A DNA stretch of 64,000 nt from positions 57,876,484-57,940,483 of the forward strand of contig NC_083408.1 of the NCBI RefSeq assembly GCF_020745735.1. The letters run 5' to 3'. Under the pieces are notes generated by a model, which saw nothing but the letters and a program-made list of their open reading frames with translations, searched no databases and was not told the origin of the DNA. The stretch's first letter is position 1. Each line of letters begins with the position of its first letter. Position numbers and translations under genes: made by a program. This DNA is from Hemiscyllium ocellatum (Eukaryota). Shown in pieces: positions 36,684 to 49,214 of this stretch.

Positions 36684-39471
36684 GAAGTCTAAAAGCTAAT
36701 TTTCTTCAGCATTACTCGTCTACGCTGAAAACTGAATGGCAACATAATTGCAGTAAACCTGCATCCCTTCTGTACTAAATTTCTTGGGCTCCGACCAGTA
36801 TAGATTATTAAGACAAAAAAACAGAATTGCACATCTCTCATCTAACTCAAGGGTTTGAACAGCATGAAAAATGGTTGAATGGCTGCTATAAATTGCTTTA
36901 TTGTTGTTATAGAACTTGTTTCTTATATAAATGTAACGCTTCAAAATGTAAATGCTCATAATTTGGAGTAACAGATTATTCTAATTTTTAAGGGGTGTTT
37001 TCATCCATGGAATTTATTTGGAGATCGTGATTATAAGGCTGTAATATAATTAACATGTTCAGAGGATAACATGAATGACTTGAGAGAGCAAAGCATGCAT
37101 CATGGGAGATGTTTGCACCCACAGAAATAAATTCAGCCTTTGAAGTGCATTTTGAAGTACTTTGTAATGTTATAATTTTATATATACTGAAAGAATGAAA
37201 ATTTTTGCTATCAATCGTATAAATTAATCAGTTTATTCAGTGTTTAAGAATTTTAAAAAATCAAATTATTGAATATTTGGCTTTCTGAAGTATTTTTATA
37301 ACAGTCTTTCTTCAATTGATAGAGAAATGATTTCATATTTAAAGTAATTTCTTTTCACAAACTACTGAGGATTTGAATCCAAGTAGTGCTTTGTTATTCC
37401 TTTGTGGTGTACCTTCATGCTTCTCTGCCATTGCAGTAGGAGAAAAATAACATCAATGATGCCTTTAAATTCTCACATTTTAAGGCTGCTTAGTTTTGTC
37501 AGGTGTTGTTACTTGGATGTAATGCTGAACTGCAGTTCCATGGAGAAAGCAGTTGGAAAGTATAGCAAATGTCTTTGTGGGTCAGTGAAATTTATGGTGG
37601 GCAGCTGCTGCTTCAAAGCCAGACTCCATATACTATGATGAAGTGGATAAGGTTTTTTTCACTTCTGTGGCTTCCCTTCATGAAGGAAGATATTGCAAAA
37701 GTGAGAGGACTTCCTGGAAGCTTCATTTTGATGTTTTCATCAGCACTTCAACTGATTCTTCTTCAAAATATTTAAGTTTTGCATCCTGTTCGACATAACT
37801 TTGGCAGGTTTCTGGTTGTCAGGTCAAGAGTACAGATCTCAACACCAGGTTAAAGGCTAAAATTAGTGTTTCATTCTTTTTTAAGCCTGTGTGTATGAGG
37901 TCATTTGTTGCTGATTCTAGTGGTATTCTATACTTGTGCTCAGTTTTCTACCAGTCTGCTGGATGAGATCATTCATTTCCCCAAACGGAAGACTACTTCA
38001 TGAAATCATTTATTATTTTATGGTCGTAATTCAAGGAAAATTTATTTTGCTATTTGGCTAACCCTTACAACTTTGAATGTATTTTGCATGTATATTCATG
38101 GCCACTGTAACACAGCAAGATTGTTTAATTAGAAAGAACTGTTAGTTGCCCTTCAACTACTCCTATAGAATGGAAAAACAGTCTTCTCCATAGTACTCTG
38201 TCATGTACTGAGATTCAGTACAGAGCTTGCAATTTCATGTAATATGTATGGTTCTAGTTCAGTCTAATGTGCATATATCAAGAGGCAAGAAGACTGAATA
38301 ATCGTAAATTGTTAGCCTTTCCAAACCCACATTGCATGATCAACATTACCAAAAGAATATAAGTTAAGGAAAATTTACGCTTAGTTCCTATTTAGGATGT
38401 GTATTGTTTGAGTAAACAGTTCATTTCAAATATTTTGTGTTTGATCCACACACCTGCAATGCATTGTTGCCAAAGGATTTTGGTTGCTCCTCTACAGATC
38501 ATGATACCAGCTGCCTGTCAGATGTTTGCCTCATTGCTATCAAGCATTATACTGTCTCTTTTTTTTTGCTCATTATAGCTGGTCACTGTAGACCTAATTA
38601 TTTCATTCTTCTGTACTGATTACGATTTCCTCCAGCTGCTACAATTCAAGGTTTCTACATTAAAGACACCATTCTGCAACTTTATCAACTAACATATTTC
38701 AGTGGCGAGTGATAAGTGAGCTTTGTTGATCAAAGCACATTGTTACAATTATGTGGTTTATTAGATTATTATGTTTTGCGACTGCATCTTTAATTTAAGG
38801 AAAAATGAAAGGAGTTATATGACCTGTTCTGAGGTCTGCTTGGGTGGTGTGATTGAGAGAGATTAAAGAGGACCCAAATTGTTTTACCAAGATGGAGACA
38901 CAAGCTGTTTTCTCTTGGGGACAATAACAATAAGCCTCTGTGCTAATAGTAGATAGATGAGAGTGTCTCTAAAGTGGTAGAAAAAGTGCTGAGAATGTTG
39001 GGTTGTAAATAACTGTGCTTTAAACTGTCTATTTTTTTTTCCGAACTAAAAGAGAACTGTGCTATTGAGTTGACCCAATGAGCATTTATGCCTGAATAAA
39101 AGGCCCATATGATTCATGCTGCCATGGAGGTGGGCATTGAGCCAAGAAAGGTATCACCTATCCCTGAAAGATGACAGATAAAGTGAGTCTGTTAGCATCT
39201 AGGAGAAGGAAAGCAGCAATAGACAGTGAGACATTGTAGATCATCACACAGGAATGCTGGTGGAGTTTGCGCTAAGATTGATAAAACCAAATTCATAAGG
39301 AAATTAAATGAAGCTAGAGATTTGTCTAGTGTGTGCTCGAGGAAGCATTTTCAGAGGCAGAACCCTTCTGTGAAAAACAGTTCTGAGATTTTAGGTTCCC
39401 AGATTGAGAAAAGAATAGAACAGAAATAAACCCTCAGAACTGAAGAATAATGTTGGCTTTGTTCAGTAGAA

Positions 39472-39702
39472 GAATAAAAAGTGAGGTCTGCAGATGCTGG
39501 AGATCAGAGCTGAAAATGTGTTGCTGGTTAAAGCGCAGCAGGTCAGGCAGCATCCAAGGAACAGGAAATTCGACGTTTCGGGCACAAGCCCTTCATCAGG
39601 AATTGTTAGTTTCCTGATGAAGGGCTTGTGCCCGAAACATCAAATTTCCTGTTCCTTGGATGCTGCCTGACCTGCTGTGCTTTAACCAGCAACACGTTTT
39701 CA
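39472..39702. mobile_element. Palindromic PLE-pLTR mini-insertion (best-preserved copy)
   Basis: 16-bp TSD gctttgttcagtagaa (39456-39471, 39703-39718); ~95-bp arms with an ~8-nt spacer. Confidence 0.9.
39567..39604 (-). ncRNA. Complete minimal type I hammerhead ribozyme motif
   Basis: Minus strand: AATTC-CTGATGA-a-GGGC ttgt GCCC-GAAA-CG-TC^GAATT. Helix I AAUUC/GAAUU, 4-bp helix II, palindromic ACGU helix III; predicted cut between 39572 and 39571. Confidence 0.8.
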
Positions 39703-39831
39703 GCTTTGTTCAGTAGAATTTAATTTCTGCTAAAAGGACAGTGTAAAGTGTAATGTGACATGTATTTCAATTGTGACAAAAGGTAAAATGGTTCTGCTTA
39801 TGACTTGAAATATAAGTTGTCTCTGAGCTAG

Positions 39832-41375
39832 GGAAGCAGTGGCATCATGGTAATGTTACTGGACTAATATTACAGAAACTCGTTGACTATACTGGGCTAA
39901 TGTTCAGGGGAAGTAGGTTCAACTTTCACCATGGTAAATGATGAAATTCAAATTCAATTACAAAAACATCAATTTTTTTTAAAAGCTGACCTAATGAGAC
40001 TATGTAACTTGCCAACTCCTTAGATTGTCAATTTTGGTTCACTAATGCCCTTCAGGGAAGGAATTTTGCCATCCTTGCCTGGTCTCACCTGTTTGTGACT
40101 CCAGACCCAAAGTGATGTAGTTGCCCAGCAAGGCACTCAGTTGCATAAAACTCGCTGTGAAGTTTATAGAAAGGAATGAAACCAGATGGAACATTTGAGG
40201 TTGACCAAGGTACAGGAAATAACACAGTCGTGTCAACAAAATCTGTGAGCTGGTGCCAAAATTGGGAGAGCTGGTCGACAGATCATTAGAGGAACTACTT
40301 GACATTGTCTGTAAGATATGACTGAGTATGACTCTGTCTGAGGCATCACCATCACCATCCCTGGATGACCTGTCCCTTCAACAGAACAGATACAATAGGG
40401 CTGGTAGCACAGTGGTATCTAGTCTGGAAAGATATGTCCTGGCAATCCTCAACATTGATTCTGAACTGCATGAACTCTCATGGCATCAGGTTAAAAATGT
40501 TGGTTGTCATCAAATACCACTAGCCCCAATCCCCCACATCTTCGCTGATGAATCTGTACTCTTTCGTGCTGAATATTACTTGGAGGAAGCACAGAGTGTG
40601 GCAGGGGCACATGATCAGGGCAGGGATTTCAGTGTCCACTATCAAGAATGGATTGGTAGCACCACCACTGACTGAACTGGCAGAGTTCTAAAGAACATTG
40701 CTGCCAGACAAGGCCTGCAGTAGGTGGTGAGAGAATGAACAAGAGGGAATAATGTAGTTGACCTCATCCTCATCAGTTTACCTATCAAAGATGCACCGAT
40801 CCATGACCATTTCAGCAGGAGTGACCACTGCACAATCACTGTGGAGACAATTTCTTCATGTTGACTATACCCACCATTGTGTTGTATGGCTTTACTGTGC
40901 TGAAGGGAACAGACTTGAAACACATGTAGAAACTCAAAAATAGGCATCAATGAGACATCATGCAGAATTGTATTCGAGCATAACCTGTAACCTCATGGCC
41001 AAGCATATTCTCCACTTTACCATTAACATTAAACCATGAGTCCAACCTTGATTCACTGGGGAGTGCAGAAGCAACATGACAGCAGCAGCACCTAAAAATG
41101 AAGTGTCAACCTAGTGAAGCTACAAAGCAGGACAACTTGCACATGAAACAGTGGAAATGGATTCTCAATCAACAGATCTAAGCTCTTGGGTCTTGCCACA
41201 TCCAGTCATGAATGGTGGTGGATAATGAAAAAACTAACAGGAGGTGAGGCTTCTAACAAATAACCCCACCTTCAATGATGGGGGAAGCCCAGCACATCAG
41301 TGAGGAAATCAAGGCTGAAGCTTTTGCCTGATGTGTCAAGTGGATGATTCACCTTAGCCACATCACAGATGCTGG
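39832..41375 (+). mobile_element. LINE 5' part (APE endonuclease) preceded by a tRNA-like SINE head
   Basis: Head gtggcatcatggtaatgttactggacta..ggttcaact; then APE-like ITIPG..QNRYNRAGSTVV..LNIDSELHELSWHQVK, DFSVH and SDH motifs. Confidence 0.65.
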
Positions 41376-41377
41376 TA

Positions 41378-42586
41378 TTTGTCATGCCTCACAAGTCTTA
41401 CTGAATTTTTTGAGGATGTGACAAAACACATTGATGAAGGTAAAGACATGAATTTGGTGTAAGTGGATTTTAGCAAGGCATTTAATAAGGTTTCTCATGG
41501 TTGGCTTATTCAGAAAGTAAGGAGGCATGGGATATCAGGAAATTTGGCTGTCTGGATACAGAATTTGCTGGCCCATAGAAGACAGCAGGTGGTATTAGAT
41601 GGATATTATTCAGCCTGGAGCTCAGTGACCAGTGATATTCTGCAGGGATCTGTTCTGGGACTTCTGCTGTTTGTGATTTTTATAAATGACTTGGATGCGG
41701 AAGTGGAAAGGTAGGTTAGCCAATGACACAAAAGTTGGTGGAGTGGCAGATAGTGTAGAAGGCTGTTATAGGTTGCAATGGGACATTGACAGGATGCAGA
41801 ACTGGGTTGAGAAGTGGCAGATGGAGTTCAATCTAGAAATATATGAAGTGATTCATTTTGGAAGGTTGAATTTGAATGCAGAATACAGGGTTAAAGGCAG
41901 GATTCTTGGCAGTGTGCAAGAACAGAAGGATCTTAGGGTCCATGTCCATAGATCCCTCAAAGTTGCCATCCAAGTTTTAAGAAGGCATTAGCAAGGAGAA
42001 TTGAGTTTAAGAGCCATGAGGTTACGCTACAGCTCTATAGAGACCTGGTTCGACTACACTTGGTATATTGTGTTCAGTTCTTGGTCACCTCACTATAGGA
42101 AGGATGTCGACACTCTAGAGAGGGTGAGAGGAGACTTACTAGGCTGCTGCCTGGACTGGAGGGCATGTCTTTTGAAGAACGATTGAGGGAGCTAGTGCTT
42201 TTCTCATTGGGATGAAGAAGAGTGAGAAGCGACTTGACACAGGTGTACAAGATGATGACAGGCATAGATAGAGTGAATAGTTAGAGACGTTTTCCCAGGG
42301 CAGAAATGCTGTCACAAGGGGGCATAATTTTAAGGTGATTGGGGGAAGGTTGAGGGAAGATATCAGAGGTTGGTCAGAGCGTGATGGGTGCTTGGAATGT
42401 GCTGCCAATGGTGGTATTGGAGTCAGGTACATTAGGGACATTTAAGCGATTCTTGGATGTGCACATGGATGATAGTAAATTGAAGGATGTGTAGGTTACT
42501 TTGATCTTAGAGTAGGATAAAAGATCGGCACAGCATCAAGGGCTGAAGGGCCTGTACTATTCTATGTTCTACTGTTCTATGTTCGA
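41378..42586 (+). mobile_element. CR1 RT to 3' end
   Basis: DFSKAFNKVSH, QGSVLGLLLFVIFINDL, ANDTK and (gttctat)n tail. Confidence 0.9.
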
Positions 42587-42820
42587 TGTTGAGTCTTGAG
42601 GGCTGTAAGGTGCCTAATTGGGAGATGAGGTGGTGTTCCTGCAACTTGCATTGAGCTTCATTGGAACACTGGAGCAAACCCGAGATAGAAATGTTGGAAT
42701 GGGAATACCGGTGATCTACTGAAGTGACAGGCAACTAGAAGTTCAGAGTTATTTTCAAGAACAGAATATAGGTGTTACAAAACCAGTCATCCAGTCTGTT
42801 TCATCTCTCCACTGTAGAAC
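42587..42820 (-). mobile_element. PLE GIY-YIG tail fragment
   Basis: ISISGLLQCSNEAQCKLQEHHLISQLGTLQPSRLNIE. Confidence 0.7.
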
Positions 42821-43189
42821 AAACTGCAATTAAAGCATAACTGTTTACAACTCTACTTTCTTAACATACTCCTGGGGATTTGGAGATGAGCAGTTTTATT
42901 GTTTTCAGGTGTGATCATCTTTCATTACCCTGGCATCAATTTAATCTTTAAAAGTTGCATCACCCTTGCTTGTTGTCAAGAAAACTTCAGAACAGGTCGC
43001 ATTTTATCCTAACTTAAAGACATAGTCACAAAACAAAATTACCTCTATGACTGTCACTGTATCTGAGTGATAATAAGTAAAAAGTAATAATGGTTATTGG
43101 AAACTTATCAAGCTGGCAGAAGATTTAGGGTGGAGCACCCCAGGACTCAATATTGAGAACCTTACTTTCCCTGATTTATGTAAATGTTC

Positions 43190-45065
43190 TAACCTTGGAT
43201 TGCAGGAGACAATTTCAAAGTTTGAAGAAAATACAAGAGTTGGGAGTATTGTACGCTCTGAGCAGGATAGTGTAAAACTACAAAAGAACATTGAGATGTT
43301 GGCAGAGTGGATGGATGGATGGGTGACATTTGAAATTTCATGTGGAGAAGACTGTGATATTACATTTTGGTGGAAAGAACATCGTAAGACAATATAAACT
43401 AAAGGGGTCTACTTCAAAGGATTTGCAAGAGCAGAGAGACTTGGATATATACATACATAGATCATTAAATGAGACAGGACAGGTGAAGTTAGAGGTTAAT
43501 AAAACATACTGTATTTCAGGCTTTATTAATAAATTGTGTGAACATATTGGAGCAAATGCTCAGGAGGTTTATAAGAATGGGTCCAGCAATGAGGAACTTC
43601 AGTTATGAAGATAGATTGGAAAAGGAAAGGCTGAGGAGATTAATTGAAGTTTTGCAAATCAACTGCTTTTTGTCAATAATACTAATGATTTTGATGTGAA
43701 CAAATGAGGTACAGTAGGTTTGTAGATGACACCAAAATTAGTGCGTGGTAGACAGCCAAGAAGGTTACCTCAGAGTACAACGGGACCTTGAACAGATGGG
43801 CCGGTGGGCTGAGGAGTGGCACGTAGAGTTCAGTTTAGATAAATGTGATGTGCTGCGTTTTGGAAAGGCAAATCAGGGCAGGACTTATAAACTTAATAGT
43901 AACGTCCAGGGGAATGTTACTGAACAAAGAGACTTTGGAGTGTAGGTTCATAGTTCCTTGAAAGTAGAGTCGCAGACAGACAGGATAGTGAAGAAGGTGT
44001 TTGATATGCTTGCCTTTATTGGCCAGGGCATTGAGTATAATGGTTGGGAGGTTATGTTGAGGCTGTACAGGACATTGGTTGGCCAGTTTTGGAATGCTGT
44101 GTTCAATTCTGGTGTCCCTGCTATAGGAAGGATGTTGTGAAACTTGACAGGGTTCAGAAAAGATTTACAAGGATGTTGTCAGGGTTGGTTATAGGGAGAG
44201 CTTAAAAATGTGTTGCTGGAAAAGCGCAGCAGGTCAGGCAGCATCAAAGTAACAGGAGAATCGACGTTTCGGGCATAAGCCCTTCTTCAGGGCTTCTTGG
44301 TTATAGGGAGAGGCTGAATAGGTTAAGACTATTTCCCTTGGAGCATCAGATGCTGAGGGATGAGCTTATTAAAGTTATAAATTCATGAGAGGCATGGTTA
44401 TAGTGAATAGACAAGGTCTTTTCCCTGGGTGGGAGAGTCCAAAACTAGAGGGCATAGGTTTAAAGTGAGAGGGGAAAATTTTAAAAGGGACCAAAGGGGC
44501 ATCATTTTCACAAAGAGAGTGCTGCATGTATAGAATGAGCTGCCAGAGGAAGTGGAGGCTGGTACAATTATAATATTTAAAGGCATCTGGATGATATACA
44601 AAAAGGAAGGATTTAGATGGAAAATGCTGGCAAATGTGAGTGGATTAATTTAGGATATCTGGTCGGCATGGACGAGTAGGACCAACATGACGTACAGTTT
44701 TATGACTCTGTGACTCTAAATCATGGGCTGTCTGGACAGAAGAGGCACAAAGAATCTCTTCCCATTTCCAAAAGAATCAAGAACAAGAAAGCATAGATTT
44801 AGAGTGATTTTCAAAAGAAGTAAATGTGATGTGAGAAAAAATCATTTTCACAATGCAAGTGGTTGGAACTATAATACACTGCCTGGAAGTGCAGTGGAGA
44901 GAGCCACTGACACATTTAGGGAGTATTAGATGATTATTTAACTAGAAATAACATGCAGGGTTACAGGGAAAGTGGGGAAGAATGTCACTAAATCTTTTGG
45001 AAAGTCAGCACAGACATGATGGGCTGAATGGTCTTCTCTGTACCATGACAATTTGAGATTCTGTG
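43190..45065 (+). mobile_element. Older CR1 (43190-43660, 44720-45065) interrupted by a younger CR1 (43665-44718)
   Basis: Two overlapping RT C-terminal series (SKFEENTRVG..; FVDDTKI..KCDVLRFG) and two separate 3' tails. Confidence 0.8.
44201..44296 (-). mobile_element. 96-bp PLE-pLTR mini-insertion with intact hammerhead core
   Basis: 16-bp TSD ttggttatagggagag (44185-44200, 44297-44312); minus strand CTGAAGA-a-GGGC ttat GCCC-GAAA-cg-TC at 44290-44262. Confidence 0.85.
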
Positions 45066-46779
45066 AAATCTAATGAGAAAGGTCAAATATTTTGATGAAT
45101 ATGCATGCATCAATTGTTTTACAAAGTTATTTTTGGAAACCTACTTCAAGGAAGGTATGACTTCATTCATTTCCAATTATTACTGAAAATGAATGTTGTA
45201 GCTTTTGGGCACCTCATTGTTCACATTATTAATGAATGAAATTAGGAATTTAAAGAATATATTTTATGCAACAGTCCCAATTAATGTAAACTAACTTTAA
45301 CTGTTTGAATCAAACAGCCAATGAAAGTTCTGTACTTATATATTTTTCCTTGTTAAATAAGACATGTTTCCATTTTACTGCCTTACAGTCTTTTGATTGT
45401 AATTATCCATGGAAACAATTTCTATTTATATTGACTGTATTCAGTCTGTCTCGTTAGTGGTGATGAATTATGGCATTTCCTTCACAAATACAGAGCTATA
45501 GTTTATAAAAAAATGCAAATAAGTTATAAATGTCTGTTGACTGAGTGAAAATGACCTGTACTCAATGTGAAGCATTTTGTCTATTTCCTGGTTAAATCAC
45601 AGTACAGTAAAGCCATAACTTCTGTTCTTAATCAACTCCAGAAAAATGTTTATGTTAGGCTGAGTTAAGGTATTGTGTAATGACAAATATATGAACGTGT
45701 ACCCGACCGAAATTCTGAAAGTTTGTGCAGTGTCAATAAGAACTCAAATTGATAAAGTAATCGATACTTTACAGACTCTCTGGAATTTTTTCTATCTGGA
45801 TTTAGTGAAAAAGAATAGGAAGAGATCCAGATATGCAATTACTTTCATCAGAAAACCCTTTAGTGTTCACTTAACAGCATCCACATACAGACAAAACCCT
45901 TTCTCAGCAAAATGATTATGTCCACACATTGTGCTTTTCTCACTGAGCAAATGACTTTGAAGGAAACCAATCCCTCCTACATCCCCATGGCAATACTCTG
46001 ACCAATCAGAGTCAAACTATCTGGTTAAACTTTCAGTACTCATCTAAGACAGATATGGTTCCTGCTGCATCTAGGTGCCAACTCTAACTTAACCAAGCAG
46101 CATCCTTTTTGTATGCTGTATAAATTGTTCCTTTCTTTTCTTTATTTCTTTTTCTTGAAATTTATTCTCGAAAAAAAGCTTTAACCACTTATCTCTTTTC
46201 AGTAATATTTGTGTTTTGTTCAAGTTTGTGTGATAAAGACTTTTTGGTGTTTTAATTTAATCTTGGAGTTCTGCTTATTTTATTATCCTTCCTTCTGCCA
46301 AAATTTGTATTCTTATTGTGATTATGATACATCAAGCAAATCAGAACAAATATACAATTTTCCAATGTTCTCATAATTGGGATCACAACAGTAAGAATTA
46401 CATATTTGGCTTTATGAAAATCCACCAATGAGTCAATTCTTTCATTTTTTTTCAAAGTTATTAGAATTATGCTTTCATGACTGACTGCTAATTTTAATAG
46501 GAGATTGTATCTCATATTTTATTGAGGCTGATCTGAGGTTCCAGTAACTTACCAGCAGTTTGGTCCCAGCTTGAGTGGTTTCAGGTTCTTTCCCAGTTGG
46601 CCTTAACTTACTCCTCTCATTAAGGAGTACGTAGATGAATACTTGAAGTTTTGTGAAATGTCCCCATAATCTACAAAAAGCAAAAGAAGCAATGATGACT
46701 TGAGTAGAAACATTTTTTGACTGGAGGTTTAGAATTTAGAGTGCAGTGCCTGGATGCAAGATCTGGGCTGGTAGGTCTT

Positions 46780-49214
46780 TGTAGTTGCTGCCACTTTGCA
46801 GACTAGAGACAGCAAAAGAGTCCCACGAGACCTAATTGAGCAAAAGAATGCATAGCCATTATCCAGGAGAGTGTACCCTCTGAGAAGTCCACCTACTTCT
46901 GGCTTGGAACAGTTAAATTACCTAGCAACGTCCAAATCGGAATCAATCAAAATAAATGTTTGGTTAAATGATCACCTAATTCTAATGGAGGTCGATACTG
47001 ACATGGTTGTATCAGTGATTGCAGGACCAGTCTTTATCAATATTTGCCCTGGACTCGAGCCCTTAAATTTAAACAAAGACCTCAGCCAGCCTGAGAACCT
47101 ATACTGAGGAAACCCTACACATTAAGGGTACAACAGATTAAGGGTAATGGTCTCTTATGAGCAACTGATTTAGTAATCACTGCTTGTAGTAAAAGCACAG
47201 GCCCAAGTTTGATGGGGTGAAACTGGTTGAGAAAGATTCAACTTGAAAGTGCAGCATTTTTCAATTAGAAAATGGATGTCTGAGTGAAGTTCTATTTAGA
47301 TATTCAAGAAGGTCCAGGGACTGTCAAACAGGCATGTTGACCAGCAAGCAATTCCATGATTCCCACCCAGTGCTATTTGCCTTATGTGCAAAAGTAGAGG
47401 CAGAAATCAGCAAAGGAATCATCAAACCCACGATATGTAGTTTATGGAATGGGCAACTCCAGTCGTGCCGATTGTGAAGCTCGATGGGTCAGTTTGCCTT
47501 TGTGGGATTTCAAACAAACGATAAACAGCTTTTCACAGCTGGATAACGCCCAGTCCCTTGGATAGAAGATTTGTATACAAAACTGGCAGGGTACTGTCCT
47601 TCACCAAAGCTGGACATAAGCCAAGAGTACCTGCAATTTCGATTAGATGAGAATTACTACTGACATTATCAGAATGTGGACACAAAAGGATCTTGTCCTG
47701 GCAAAACTAAAATAGTTGGTGGTGATGAGGGAATCAAAAAGGCTATCACAACAAGAATTGAAATTTTTCTGGTCACAGTGAAACTAGATCACCATTGAGG
47801 ACAACATATTGTTCTGAGCAAAGGTCATTACCAGATACTGGCTGTTCTCCACTAGGTCACCCAGGAGTTTCCAAAATGAAGATGTTGGCAAAATGTTATC
47901 TCTGATCGTTAGGATCAGATGCTGACATAGCTGCATTTGTGGAGCAGGGCCCAGAGTGCCAATAAGGACAGGACTTACCGCCAGCAGCACACCCATTTCG
48001 TACAAATGGTCGGGTAAACCCTGGACTCCGATAACATCAACTATGCAAATACTTTCATGGTTTCAATGTTTTTAGTCATTGTGGACACCCATTCAAAGTG
48101 ATTGGATATGCATAGAGCTCATTTGTCAAACAGGGGGATGACGATTGAAATGTTGCGAGCATCTTTCGCAACAGGCTATCATTTACCAGCACAGAATCCT
48201 AAAGTTGAATGGTATTTGGTGTATAAGGACAGCTCCATACCATCCATTGTGCAGTGGTCTGGTGGAAACAGCAGTCCAAACCTGGAAGGAGATCTGAAAG
48301 AAACAGCCTACAGCCTCACTCGATACCAAACTGCCAGTTTATAGGACCACCACTCATGCAACTACAGGGGCAGCTCCAGCAGAGTTGCTAATGGGGAGAA
48401 GACTCCACTCTAGGTTTAATCAAATCTTCCCGAACATGGTGGGGAGGGGGAACCGGCACCGGGAACACCAATACTAGAGAGGCAGTTTACTTCAAAGGAC
48501 CAGATTTGGTTTCCAAACCATGGGAATGGCCCTGCCTGGCTAAGAGGCATGATCGATGCAAGGTCAGGTCCCGTGATGTCCAGAGTTTGGGTAGGAGGAA
48601 CGATCCTGCACAAGCACGTGAACCACATGAAAACTGCAGCCTTGAAAGCAGGGCATCAGCAAAACATACCTGGCCCTTAAAAATTCTCAGCAAGGTTGTC
48701 CAAATCCATGGATTTTCCTCCACCTTGTGCCAAGGAAACCTCTGAGGATGAGATGGACATGGCAGATGTTGAAGCCTCCATGTTGTTACTGCCTAAAGAA
48801 GAAGAATATTTTGTCTGAAATGTTCCAGGCATAAGAGGTGGACTATGGTCTGGTACAGGCCGCCAGTATCCGAGGCAGAGTCGGCAGAATTGGACCTGGT
48901 GCAAAAACACCCCTGGAGAAGCTACAGGAAATGAATGGGCCTAAGTCCTGGTATGTAGAGAGAGAGAGAGATAGCGAGAAAGGGATATTGTAACTGGAAT
49001 GAAGTCAGCCAGGTTGCCTCATAGAATGAGTTTCCTGGGTCTGTTAACCTGATCCAATCAGGGGCCCAAAGCTGACAGATATAAAGAGGAATGTCAGGAG
49101 TTCTATTCACTCCAGGAGCTGGCTCTGTGCTAGCTGGGTCAGTATCATGTATGATTCACCTGTTAATAAAGGGTGACTTGGTAACAGGATACCTGCCTTT
49201 ATGGAGTTATTTCA
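46780..49214 (+). mobile_element. Gypsy LTR retrotransposon remnant (PR-RT[partial]-IN-3'LTR), canonical order
   Basis: LMEVDT protease; EWATPVVPIVK..IEDLYTKL RT; GHPGVSKMKMLA integrase; polypurine tract ~48958-48986; LTR TG..CA 48989-49214 with AATAAA. Confidence 0.85.

Noticed and set aside
45910-46210. Possible third PLE pLTR family
   Set aside because: Too degenerate; no recognisable ribozyme core
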